From positions 11,001-75,000 of the forward strand of contig JBCDFN010000012.1 of NCBI GenBank assembly GCA_039177935.1: a stretch of DNA of 64,000 bases. The letters run 5' to 3'. This DNA is from Pseudomonadota bacterium. Its GTDB lineage: Bacteria; Pseudomonadota; Alphaproteobacteria; Rhizobiales; Methyloligellaceae. The notes beneath the pieces are model-generated. The model searched no databases, was not told where the DNA came from, and saw nothing but the letters and a program-made list of their open reading frames with translations. The translations under genes were made by a program, and so were the position numbers. Positions 47,065 to 55,744 of this stretch are shown here, one piece after another. How positions within the stretch are numbered: position 1 is the stretch's first letter; every line of letters starts with the position of its first letter.

Positions 47065-48322
47065 TGACTGCCACTCGATGAATTGCGTTGTTGAGATAAC
47101 CTTTCGGGTTCCACCCAACATCGAACGGCTGCGAAGCGCCCTCGCTGTCGGTCGCGCGAGACCAAATCTCGTAATAGCCCGCTTGCGGAAACGTGAGAGA
47201 CTTCTTGAAGTTCTGCCAAGCACCGAAATTTACCGGTGCCACCAACTCGGCCGGCATCCAAGAGGCGCCGAAATCGATAGAGACTTCGACACTCTTGATC
47301 GTGCGGTCTCCGGACCAAGCGTGACCGCGAACTTCCACGGACTTGCCAGAGACATCGGCCTTCGTAGCTGGATTGGTGATTAGTGACTTCACCGGTAGCC
47401 GCTCGATGATCTCGAAGTCCTCCAGAGGCACGTCTTGCCCAGGAGCCACCGGATAGCGCGGGACGCGATAGGATGTACCCCCCATTTTGGGTCCGTCATG
47501 GATGACATCGCGCAACCAAATTCGCTTCAGCCATTTTTGGGAACACGACCCTGGCCAACCCGACACAACGAGTCGCAAGGGGCGCCCATTCAACACCGGG
47601 ATCTCCGTATCGTTCATCTCGAAGGCAATCATCACGTCCTCGGCCATTGCCTTCTCGATGGTCAGGCCACGGGAGATGGGAAGCCTGTCGGGGTCACCAG
47701 ATAAATGGGGGTCCGCCCCTTCGTTGGCGGTGTAAATCGCCTCTTTTTTCACACCTGCCTTGTTGAGAACGTCGCGCAACCGCACGCCAGTGAAGTAAGC
47801 GCAGCCAACCGCGCCAAAGGTCCACTGGTTGCCGCCCGGCGGGGGACTGAAGAAAAACCGTCCATTACCGGCGCACTCAATCACAAGCGCGAGCTTGACG
47901 ACGTCGAACTGGTTCTTGAGGTCGTCGATTGACAGTTTTAGCGGATTGTCGACAAGTCCATCGATGGTCAGTTCCCACCCTTTCGCATCTGTGTTCGCCG
48001 GCACGCCGCCATTGTTCCGAACGAAGAAATGTTTGTTGGACGTAAGGGGACTGTCGAGCAGATGGGGCGGTGTCTCAGCATTAATCGGCCGGTCGTTGAG
48101 GAGAACGAGGCCGTCCTTGCCCTTCAGCAGCTCCGAGTCCGCGAACGCGACGGGAATGAGACCCGTCGGCATGTTGCGGTGAAATGGAATAGCCGCGCCT
48201 AGCATCGCGCCCATGGCGGCAAGGCCCGCCCCGCGCAAGAAGCCTCGCCGGTCGGGATAGGACTCGCGGCCAAAGACGGCCTTGTCGGCAGCCTCCGGGT
48301 TCTCGTAAAAAAATGCGTACAT
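47054..48322 (-). CDS. sorA: Tat-exported sulfite-oxidase-family molybdopterin oxidoreductase (SorA-like sulfite dehydrogenase)
   Basis: The ATG at 48322 gives MYAFFYENPEAADKAVFGRESYPDRRGFLRGAGLAAMGAMLGAA, a Tat signal. The ORF contains PINAETPPHLLDSPLTSNKHFFVRNNG and ECAGNGR, and has a C-terminal dimerisation domain. Confidence 0.82.
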   Translation of the reverse strand: MYAFFYENPEAADKAVFGRESYPDRRGFLRGAGLAAMGAMLGAAIPFHRNMPTGLIPVAFADSELLKGKDGLVLLNDRPINAETPPHLLDSPLTSNKHFFVRNNGGVPANTDAKGWELTIDGLVDNPLKLSIDDLKNQFDVVKLALVIECAGNGRFFFSPPPGGNQWTFGAVGCAYFTGVRLRDVLNKAGVKKEAIYTANEGADPHLSGDPDRLPISRGLTIEKAMAEDVMIAFEMNDTEIPVLNGRPLRLVVSGWPGSCSQKWLKRIWLRDVIHDGPKMGGTSYRVPRYPVAPGQDVPLEDFEIIERLPVKSLITNPATKADVSGKSVEVRGHAWSGDRTIKSVEVSIDFGASWMPAELVAPVNFGAWQNFKKSLTFPQAGYYEIWSRATDSEGASQPFDVGWNPKGYLNNAIHRVAVNVV

Positions 48323-48538
48323 GCCCTTCGGCGATGTGAGCCGCTTGGTCTTCAATGTGTCCTCCCTGCGGACAACTCTAGACCTAGCGTGAAAGCGTGA
48401 CAAACGAGCGGCACACAACAAGGCAAGGACCCTGCCATAAGTCCGCAAGAGACTGCCACGTCGTTATCTGAACGGCATGGTTCGATCGTTTCGCGGTCCA
48501 AGGACAAGCCAACAATCGACGGCGAGACTGGTTATGGC

Positions 48539-49585
48539 TTAAGCGCGGTCACGCCAGTTGCGCGCGGGCCGGCCCGCACGGCGGGGGCCGCCGACAAGCC
48601 ATGAGACATGCTTGTTCTCGCGGTCTTGCGGCTGATGGCCGTGGTCACCATGCCCGTTGCTATGTCCATTTGAGTTCGTTGGCATCGCTTGCTGAGCGGG
48701 TGGCCATGGCTCTGGCGTTGGTTGCGGCTGAACATCCGATGTGCCGCTCGGCGTTACGGGCTCCGACGCAACCATCGGGGTCTCTTCGTGGCTCGTATCT
48801 GCGGGCTCCGGCTCCGGCTCAGCATCGGCCACTGGTGAAGGTGTAACGGCTGGTTCGGCGTCGTAGACGTCCTCGGCAGCCGCGTGAGCAATGACGACCT
48901 CCTGCTCCACGGATTCTGATTCTGCGCCCCCGGAGTTATCGGGCTCGTCAGGCTGAGCTTCGACCTGAAATGCCGTACGCGTCATATCCATGGATGCAGC
49001 AGGGGTCGCGACGGGAGCAGTATCGTTGGCCGCCTCTGCCTCATGGGCGTACGGCTCTTCCGTGTCACTCTCGAATACGTCCTGGGCTGTTTGGATGTGC
49101 AACACACCCTGACCTACGGACCACAGGGCGGGTCTTTCCAAATCATGGGGCAGAACCGTTCCCAGATTGCCCTCAGCCTCACCGATCTGATCGGTTGTCA
49201 AATCGCGCGCATCGGCCAGGCTTGCGCCGCTCAGATTGGCCGCCTTCAAAACCGCACCCCCTAAGCTTGCGCCATCAAGCTGCGCGCCTGCCAAGTCCGC
49301 GCCGGTGAGATCTACATCCTCCAGCCGGGCACCGCGGAGATCCGCGTTCGTCAGATCCGCACCGCGCATATCCGCGCCGGTCAACGTGGCAAAGTAGAGT
49401 GTCGCTTCATTGAGGAGCGCGCGAGACAGATTAATCGGCCCACCATTTATCGGGCCCATCTGCCGGTCGCCAATGCTCAGTGCGATACCAGTGAGATCTG
49501 GCACAATTGACGGATTCTCGGCGCGCCACGCATTCCAAGTGCGCGGCCCGCGACGGAGAATCTCCATATGCTCTGGTATAGTCAT
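48539..49585 (-). CDS. Pentapeptide-repeat protein with a long acidic/Pro-rich tail
   Basis: 348-aa ORF with N-terminal EILRRGPRTWNAWRAENP, then the pentapeptide tract ADMRGADLTNADLRGARLEDVDLTGADLAGAQLDGASLGGAVLKAANLSGASL. The C-terminal ~190 aa are low-complexity and end in a NGHSNGHGDHGH patch. Confidence 0.85.
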   Translation of the reverse strand: MTIPEHMEILRRGPRTWNAWRAENPSIVPDLTGIALSIGDRQMGPINGGPINLSRALLNEATLYFATLTGADMRGADLTNADLRGARLEDVDLTGADLAGAQLDGASLGGAVLKAANLSGASLADARDLTTDQIGEAEGNLGTVLPHDLERPALWSVGQGVLHIQTAQDVFESDTEEPYAHEAEAANDTAPVATPAASMDMTRTAFQVEAQPDEPDNSGGAESESVEQEVVIAHAAAEDVYDAEPAVTPSPVADAEPEPEPADTSHEETPMVASEPVTPSGTSDVQPQPTPEPWPPAQQAMPTNSNGHSNGHGDHGHQPQDRENKHVSWLVGGPRRAGRPARNWRDRA

Positions 49586-49924
49586 GGCGAGTTACTGCGT
49601 ACTACGGGGACAGCAATGCGCTCAACGTGATATTTTGTGCGGTGCGACCAAATAATGCGCATCCGCCACGCTGAGCATACCCAATTGGCGTACTAATCAC
49701 ATGTAACAGTTTGCTAGCGATACACTGCTTGTCCACAAGCCCAAACCGGACCTTACAGTATTGAGCGCGCCGCGGTATTGGGTCACGCCTTGGTCAGCGT
49801 CTCTCTTGGTCGACTTCTCTAAGGAGCCCTCGTCCGCGACAAGCCGACGTCGTGGCCTCACAGACAAAACGAAAAATTGGCCCACCGGCATGACCAGTAG
49901 GCCTGTCTCGTGGAGTCCCTTGAC

Positions 49925-49960
49925 GAAGAAAAGGCCGCCGCCCGGGACAGGGGCGGCGGC
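49925..49960 (-). terminator. Rho-independent terminator after the porin gene
   Basis: The minus strand reads GCCGCCGCCC-N7-GGGCGGCGGC (perfect 10-bp stem, coordinates 49934-49960) followed by CTTTTCTTC. Confidence 0.75.
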
Positions 49961-50002
49961 AGTTCGGCGAAAGGGATAGTCTTGCTCTCAGATCGTCCGG
50001 TT

Positions 50003-51400
50003 TTACCAGTCGATCTGACCGCGCATTCCAAAGCCGCTGATGTCAGCGCCCCGGAAGCCGTTGAAGGTACCGCCAACGTCGGTCCCGATGACGTTGAACA
50101 TCAGGCGCGTGTAGTTGGTCGGGTACCAGTTGAGCGCAATGGTCCAACCTTCTTGGCTACCGCAACCGTCACCGCCGCCCTCGGCTGCCGGCGTCGCGTC
50201 GCAGAAGTCATCCCCGGTGGCCTCAGCAAGCTGAGCAGCATCGGAACCCAAGTTAAGTTCAGACCAGCGGCCTGCGATTTCCCAGGCACCCCAACCGCCA
50301 TTCTTCAGGTCGAAGGGATTGGTTGGCTTCACGCGGCCGAACTCACCCTTCCGGGCGCTATAGCCTGACGCCCGAGAGTCGTCGGTCAGGAAGATCGAGC
50401 CGAAGATGTACCAGCCATCGTAGGTCGGGCTAATGCCGCGGGGCATGCTGCCGTCCAGATTTCCGGGGAGATCGGCAGTCGTCTCGCCGTACTCGCCTTG
50501 CACAGAGAAGCGATTCCAGGCCACGGCGCCTTCGATGCCCCAGTAGTCGTCCGACTCGGCAAGAGATCCGGTGTCGACAAAGCGATCCGACAAATGCAGA
50601 CCAACGCGAGACCGATACCGATACAGATCCGTGACGTTGTCGTCCCTGAGCGTGCCGTTATCGCGCTGGCGATAGCTAGCACCCAAATGGACGATCGCAT
50701 CGTCCGTGTTCACAGGTGCCACGGTTGCGCGGATAGCCCAGATCGACGGAGCCTCGTCCCAGTCACCGCCGTTTCCGATATCGGGTCCATTGTAGCTTGT
50801 CTGGAACGACCAGCCGAAATCGTCGTTGCTACCTGCGTGCAGACCAATACCCAGCGCGCGAGGCTCAAGCTCGAACGCATTTACGAGAAAACCCCGCTCC
50901 ATGAAGGTGATGAAGCGCGAGCTGGTCTGCCCTTCGAGTGAGTTCGCAATCTTGAACTGACCAAAGAGAATCTCGAGATTGTTCCAGTCGCTGAAGCCGG
51001 CGTAAGAGATGTACGCGTCCTTGAAGTCCACTTCGTTATCAGCAAAGTCGATCTCAAACTTGTACTTCCAGTCGTAGAAGACCTTGCCTTCGACACCGAG
51101 ACGGGCGCGGCGGGCTTCCCAAGAGTTGATATCGTCTTCGCCAGTGATCCGCTCATCCTGGTCGATTGCGTTGTAGTCGACCTGCAAACGGCCACGCACC
51201 TTGAAGCTAAACTTGCCGTCGTGGCTCGAAATCTTCGGCGCGCCTTTCCACTCAACCTTGGGCTGAGACTTCTTGTATTCCTCGAATTCGGCCCGCGTGA
51301 TGTACTGGGCGTTAGCCGCCGGTGCAGTCGACGCAAGAATTGCGAAAGCGCTGGCACCCGCGAACAAATAAAGACTTGCTTTCTTAAGTCCCCCGATCAT
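50003..51400 (-). CDS. Outer-membrane porin of the phosphate-selective OprO/OprP family
   Basis: The ATG at 51400 gives MIGGLKKASLYLFAGASAFAILASTAPAANA, a signal peptide. The ORF contains FSFKVRGRLQVDYN and ARRARLGVEGKVFYDWKYKFEIDFADNEVDFKDAYISY, and ends in a C-terminal aromatic residue (W). Confidence 0.82.
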   Translation of the reverse strand: MIGGLKKASLYLFAGASAFAILASTAPAANAQYITRAEFEEYKKSQPKVEWKGAPKISSHDGKFSFKVRGRLQVDYNAIDQDERITGEDDINSWEARRARLGVEGKVFYDWKYKFEIDFADNEVDFKDAYISYAGFSDWNNLEILFGQFKIANSLEGQTSSRFITFMERGFLVNAFELEPRALGIGLHAGSNDDFGWSFQTSYNGPDIGNGGDWDEAPSIWAIRATVAPVNTDDAIVHLGASYRQRDNGTLRDDNVTDLYRYRSRVGLHLSDRFVDTGSLAESDDYWGIEGAVAWNRFSVQGEYGETTADLPGNLDGSMPRGISPTYDGWYIFGSIFLTDDSRASGYSARKGEFGRVKPTNPFDLKNGGWGAWEIAGRWSELNLGSDAAQLAEATGDDFCDATPAAEGGGDGCGSQEGWTIALNWYPTNYTRLMFNVIGTDVGGTFNGFRGADISGFGMRGQIDW

Positions 51401-51551
51401 GACCCCTCTCTCCACTCTGATAGAGTTAAGTTTTCCGTCTGGCCTCCTTGCCCGGCTGAGGTGTCTTCGTCCCTCTTTAACCCAGCAAGTCAGCGAGCCC
51501 GCTTCCTGCGAACCTCGGTTACCGTTCTATTTCCCGAGCCATGACGGGTGT

Positions 51552-51569
51552 GTGACAGTCCGGCGACAG
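51552..51569 (-). promoter_or_regulatory. Candidate PHO box (PhoB binding site) upstream of the porin gene
   Basis: The minus strand reads CTGTCGC-CGGA-CTGTCAC, two CTGTC repeats with the 11-bp phasing of the CTGTCAT-N4-CTGTCAT consensus. It lies about 150-170 nt upstream of the porin start. Confidence 0.35.
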
Positions 51570-51949
51570 CGCGGATTTCGCGCCTCCCTGTTGCTCTTCG
51601 GCCACGCCTACCAATTGGTCTTGGAAGGCCGGCTAAGGAAAGCTGTTTACGAGCCGGCTTATATAGCTGTTCTAACGTCGAAATTTTTGCCTGCGGACGT
51701 GGGCTCGCGCTCCCTCGAGAGAAACTGGCGCGACCCCTCGAGCCGACCTGCTTCCGGGTACGAAGCGCACCTCAGCGCGTAACGCGCGAGTTCGCTATCT
51801 TGCACCCGCCAAACTAGTATAACTGTCCGGTTTGTGAGAGAGAGCGTCGCTGGCTTATTCAGACTGCCGATCATGGCTCATCGAGTCCTGTCCTCCCTGC
51901 AGCAATCTGAACCCGTGCGTTGTGGCCGCCAGTGGGCTATCAGGAAGGA

Positions 51950-53200
51950 ATGGATCTGACTGCCCCTAAGACAGACAGACCCCCGCTCGATGCAGTTGTC
52001 GTCGGCGCCGGGCCGGCGGGCATTGCAACCGCGCTCGCCTTGCATCATGTGGGCGCGAGCGTGGGACTCGCTGGCCCTCCGCCTGCCCAGACGCCGACTG
52101 TCAGGCCCGAAACGCGCACGGCCGCTCTGCTCTCGAGCTCAGTGGACTTCCTTAAGCGACTTGGCGTCTGGGAGCGCCTGCTGCCACACGCGGCCCCGCT
52201 CAAGGCCATCCGGATCGTCGATGCCTCTCGGAGCCTGCTCCGCTCACCCGACATCGTCTTCGACGCCCGCGAACTGGGCTTGGAGGCCTTCGGGTTCAAC
52301 ATCGCCAACACGGCTCTGAGCACGGCCCTTTATGATCGCGCACGCGAGGTTCTGCCTCATCTTGCTCCCTGCCCGATCGAGGCGGTGCGCCTTGGCCAAG
52401 AGCAAGCTTCGCTAGCGCTTGAGAACGGCGAGCAGATCACGTGCCGCCTTGTGGCAGGCGCCGATGGACGGCGCTCTATTTGCCGCCAGGCCGCCGGGAT
52501 CGAAACCCGGGACACGCATTATGAACAGTCAGCCATTGCCTCCAGCTTCCGCCATAGCGTGCCCCATCGCGGCATATCCACGGAGCTGCATCGCGAGGGC
52601 GGGTCGGTGACAAGCGTCCCGACCGTGGATGAGAACATATCGAGCTTGGTTTGGGTTACGGGCGTAGAAGACGCAAAAGCCCTCATGGCTCTGGATGAGG
52701 TCGCCTTTGCCGCCCGGCTCCAGGAGAACTTCGATCAGACACTGGGCGTCATCTCGGATACCGGGCCGCTTGCCAGCTTTCCGATCGCGGGGCTTACCGC
52801 CAAGCAAATGGCGGCCAACCGCACGGCTTTGATTGGGGAAGCGGCTCATATCATGCCGCCAATCGGCGCGCAGGGCCTCAACCTCGGACTTCGCGATGCG
52901 GCCGCTTTGGCCGACTGCGTGGCGGATGCGCTGCGCTATGGACGCGATCCTGGCGGCCCACCCGTTCTTGCGCAATATGGCCGGGCACGGCAGCTCGACG
53001 TTCTGTCCCGTACCGTGGGAGTGGATCTCCTCGGACGATCTCTATTGACCAAGCTTATGCCTGTTCAGCTTGCCCGGAGCGCCGTTCTGACTGGCCTCAA
53101 CGCTTTTGGACCCTTGAGGCGCCTCGTGATGCAGGCCGGTCTTGCGCCCCCGTCCGATTTGCCACGGTTGATGCGCCCCGTGCAGGGCGTCGCTGCTTGA
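51950..53200 (+). CDS. ubiH: UbiH/UbiF/Coq6-family FAD-dependent ubiquinone biosynthesis hydroxylase
   Basis: The ATG at 51950 is preceded by AGGAAGG. The product starts MDLTAPKTDRPPLDAVVVGAGPAGIATALAL (GxGxxG) and contains LIGEAAHIMPPIGAQGLNLGLRDA. Confidence 0.85.
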   Translation: MDLTAPKTDRPPLDAVVVGAGPAGIATALALHHVGASVGLAGPPPAQTPTVRPETRTAALLSSSVDFLKRLGVWERLLPHAAPLKAIRIVDASRSLLRSPDIVFDARELGLEAFGFNIANTALSTALYDRAREVLPHLAPCPIEAVRLGQEQASLALENGEQITCRLVAGADGRRSICRQAAGIETRDTHYEQSAIASSFRHSVPHRGISTELHREGGSVTSVPTVDENISSLVWVTGVEDAKALMALDEVAFAARLQENFDQTLGVISDTGPLASFPIAGLTAKQMAANRTALIGEAAHIMPPIGAQGLNLGLRDAAALADCVADALRYGRDPGGPPVLAQYGRARQLDVLSRTVGVDLLGRSLLTKLMPVQLARSAVLTGLNAFGPLRRLVMQAGLAPPSDLPRLMRPVQGVAA

Positions 53201-53298
53201 CCTCGCGTCGGAGTTTCTTCAAGACGTTGCGCTTCCCATTGCCGCTTCGAGATGCAATTGCGGCGCCTCACTCCCACAGACGGATTCAAGGCTGACTC

Positions 53299-54216
53299 TT
53301 GGCGAACTCACTCGACACCTCATTCGCAATCGATCTGAAATACCGGCTTGAGTACGGCGGCCTTCGTTTTCTGATCGGCCTTGTTCGTCTTGTTCCGCTT
53401 GATACCGCCTGCGATATCTCCGCCTTCTTCTGGCGGGTTTTGGGGAAACGGAACCGGCGGCATAAGCGGGCCCTGGCTAATCTCGAGCGCGCCTTTCCCG
53501 AAAAGTCGTTGGAAGAGCGCGAACGCATCGCGGTCGCAGCCTGGGACAATCTCGGCCGGGTGATGGTCGAGACCATGAACATTGATCGGATTATCAAGGA
53601 TCCGAGCCGTCTGCATGTGACCAACGGACACTGGATCGGCCGCTACAAGGATAAGATGGGCCCGGCACTGATCGTGACCATGCATATGGGCAACTGGGAG
53701 ATTGGCATGTGGCCCGTAACCCTGGCGGGGGTGCGGCCCGCAGGGGTCTACCGGTCCGTGAAGAATCCGTATGTCGACCGCTATCTCCGCCGACAACGCG
53801 AAGCTCTTTATCCAGGTGGGCTTTTCGGGCGCGGCCGCACCGCTGGCGAAGACGAAACCCAAAAGACGGCGCGCCTCATCATGGACTACGTTCGCCAGGG
53901 GGGCCGGCTCGGCTTCATCTCAGACCTCTATGACAGTAACGGAATCGAAGTGCCGTTTTTCGGTCACCTCGCCAAGAGCATGCCGATTGCGGCCATGATT
54001 GCGCGCCGGGTCGGCGCCCGCATCTGGATCGGCCGCTGCGTCCGAATTGGCGACCGCTCGGTTTTCGACGTCAACGTCAACGAGCTCCGGATTCCCCGCA
54101 CCAAAAACCAGGCCGAAGACATCCGCGCCATCACCGCCGCCATTCAGCGCTACTTCGAAGTATGGATTCGCGAGAATCCCGAGCAGTTTATGTGGTCCAA
54201 TCGACGCTGGTCCTAA
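53299..54216 (+). CDS. Lipid A late acyltransferase family protein (LpxL/HtrB-like)
   Basis: 305-aa ORF with a TTG start, containing RALANLERAFPEKS, IVTMHMGNWE and FMWSNRRW, typical of the Lip_A_acyltrans family. Confidence 0.75.
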   Translation: MANSLDTSFAIDLKYRLEYGGLRFLIGLVRLVPLDTACDISAFFWRVLGKRNRRHKRALANLERAFPEKSLEERERIAVAAWDNLGRVMVETMNIDRIIKDPSRLHVTNGHWIGRYKDKMGPALIVTMHMGNWEIGMWPVTLAGVRPAGVYRSVKNPYVDRYLRRQREALYPGGLFGRGRTAGEDETQKTARLIMDYVRQGGRLGFISDLYDSNGIEVPFFGHLAKSMPIAAMIARRVGARIWIGRCVRIGDRSVFDVNVNELRIPRTKNQAEDIRAITAAIQRYFEVWIRENPEQFMWSNRRWS

Positions 54217-54272
54217 AGTCGCGAACTGCCACGTTGACACTCCGACTGGCCCGCGATTTTATCTGGAGCGTG

Positions 54273-54605
54273 ATGCAAACAGTTCGAAACGCACGATTCC
54301 AGATCGGCCAGGTCGTCCGGCACCGGGTCTACCCGTTCCGGGGCGTCATCTTCGATGTCGACCCGACCTTCTCCAATACCGAAGAATGGTATGAGTCCAT
54401 TCCGAAGGATGTCCGGCCCGCGAAGGACCAGCCGTACTACCACTTGCTTGCCGAGAACGCCGACACGGAATACGTCGCCTATGTCTCGGAGCAGAACCTC
54501 TTGCCCGACGAGTCGGACGAGCCCCTGCGGCATCCGCAGATTCCAGAGTTCTTCGAGGATCTCCGAGACGGCGTCTTTCGCTTTCGCTTCGTCCAGGAGC
54601 ACTAG
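54273..54605 (+). CDS. hspQ: Heat-shock protein HspQ (YccV-like hemimethylated-DNA-binding domain)
   Basis: The ATG at 54273 gives MQTVRNARFQIGQVVRHRVYPFRGVIFDVDPTF...PYYHLLAEN. The track ORF 54162..54605 is over-extended into the upstream gene. Confidence 0.85.
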   Translation: MQTVRNARFQIGQVVRHRVYPFRGVIFDVDPTFSNTEEWYESIPKDVRPAKDQPYYHLLAENADTEYVAYVSEQNLLPDESDEPLRHPQIPEFFEDLRDGVFRFRFVQEH

Positions 54606-54662
54606 CCGCTTCGGCCATCGTGCGCTCGCAACGCGCGCACTCTGAACACGCTAAGCTAAGAC

Positions 54663-54697
54663 AAGAAAAAGACCGCCCAGGGAACCCCTGCGCGGCC
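54663..54697 (-). terminator. Rho-independent terminator after ialB, preceded by a second perfect hairpin at 54714-54737
   Basis: The minus strand reads GGCCGCGCAGGG-GTT-CCCTGGGCGGTC (11 bp with one mismatch) followed by TTTTTCTTG. The upstream hairpin is ATCGCCTCC-N6-GGAGGCGAT. Confidence 0.7.
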
Positions 54698-54744
54698 TCT
54701 TGATCTCATTCTCATCGCCTCCGCACTGGGAGGCGATCAACAGC

Positions 54745-55485
54745 TTACTGTCCGGGGGCCGGGGCCGGCTGCTGAGGAACTCCCTGCTGCGGCTGTCCAG
54801 GCTGCTGTCCTTGTCGTGCCTTGGCGGCGAGTTCTTGCTGCCGCTTCCGGTACATTTCAATCGTCTGGCGGCGCTGTTGCTCATAAGCGGCAGTATCCGT
54901 GGGCGGCCCATCGAACGCCTTGGAAAACCCAGTCAGTGGAACCGGGAAAGCCATTGTCTTCTTTTGCACGTTCATCGCGGCCACGACCATCTGCTGGCCG
55001 GCGCGCATCTTGCCCAAGATGTCGTCCGTCAGTTCCATATCCGCCTGGCAGCTTGCCGGGAAACAGACCGAGAACGGCATCGGCGTGGGCTGCTGCTTGT
55101 CGACGACAACCTGCGCGCCTGTCGGCATTACAAGTGAGTACACTGTCGGCATACGCACAATGAACTGCTTCTTGGGATCGCCTTCCACGGTCCGAATGGC
55201 GGCGTAAACCATCACGATCCCCATGTTGGGGTCGAACGTCTCGTGCTGGATCAAGCAGATCTCTTTGTTCTGAGTCTGCTCGTTCTTAACGCACAGCTTC
55301 ACCCATGAGGGCTGTGCGGGAGCTGCCGGCGCAGCACCAGCCGCGCCTTTCGGTGCGGCAGACGTCTGGGCCATCGCAAGCACGCTGGCGGAGGTTATGC
55401 CGAGCGCAAAGAGACTTGCACCCAGGACCATACGCGCCGCGCCGCGGCCAAAACTATTGCAGCGATCCTTGGACCAGATCATCAA
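54745..55485 (-). CDS. ialB: Invasion-associated locus B (IalB) family periplasmic protein
   Basis: 246-aa ORF with a signal peptide, containing WVKLC...CLIQHE...FSVCFPASCQADMEL...MVVAAMN and a Gln/Pro-rich tail. Confidence 0.8.
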   Translation of the reverse strand: MMIWSKDRCNSFGRGAARMVLGASLFALGITSASVLAMAQTSAAPKGAAGAAPAAPAQPSWVKLCVKNEQTQNKEICLIQHETFDPNMGIVMVYAAIRTVEGDPKKQFIVRMPTVYSLVMPTGAQVVVDKQQPTPMPFSVCFPASCQADMELTDDILGKMRAGQQMVVAAMNVQKKTMAFPVPLTGFSKAFDGPPTDTAAYEQQRRQTIEMYRKRQQELAAKARQGQQPGQPQQGVPQQPAPAPGQ

Positions 55486-55744
55486 ACGACCTTTCCTCTC
55501 TCTATTTCTGGACTGGCATTGACCCGCCTGCCCTACCGGTGCCCATTCTTCCTAACTAGGGTCAATACCTGAAATGCGGCGCGGGCGTGGCTAACGGCCG
55601 CTGTCTTGAGCTCGTCGCACTCTCCGCCTTCCTTTGGACTAGGCTGGGGAAGGATTCGGTACGACATGAGACTTCTTGATCAGGAATGTTACCTTTAGCT
55701 AGATAGCGTAACTCGCTGGCATCTATAGCCATCCACGGTCATCG

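Noticed and set aside
39968-49585. Calling the tRNA-Ser-proximal block a mobile genomic island
   Set aside because: I found no integrase, transposase, conjugation gene, or direct repeat of the tRNA 3' end in the window. It is therefore reported only as an accessory-looking mosaic, not as a mobile element.
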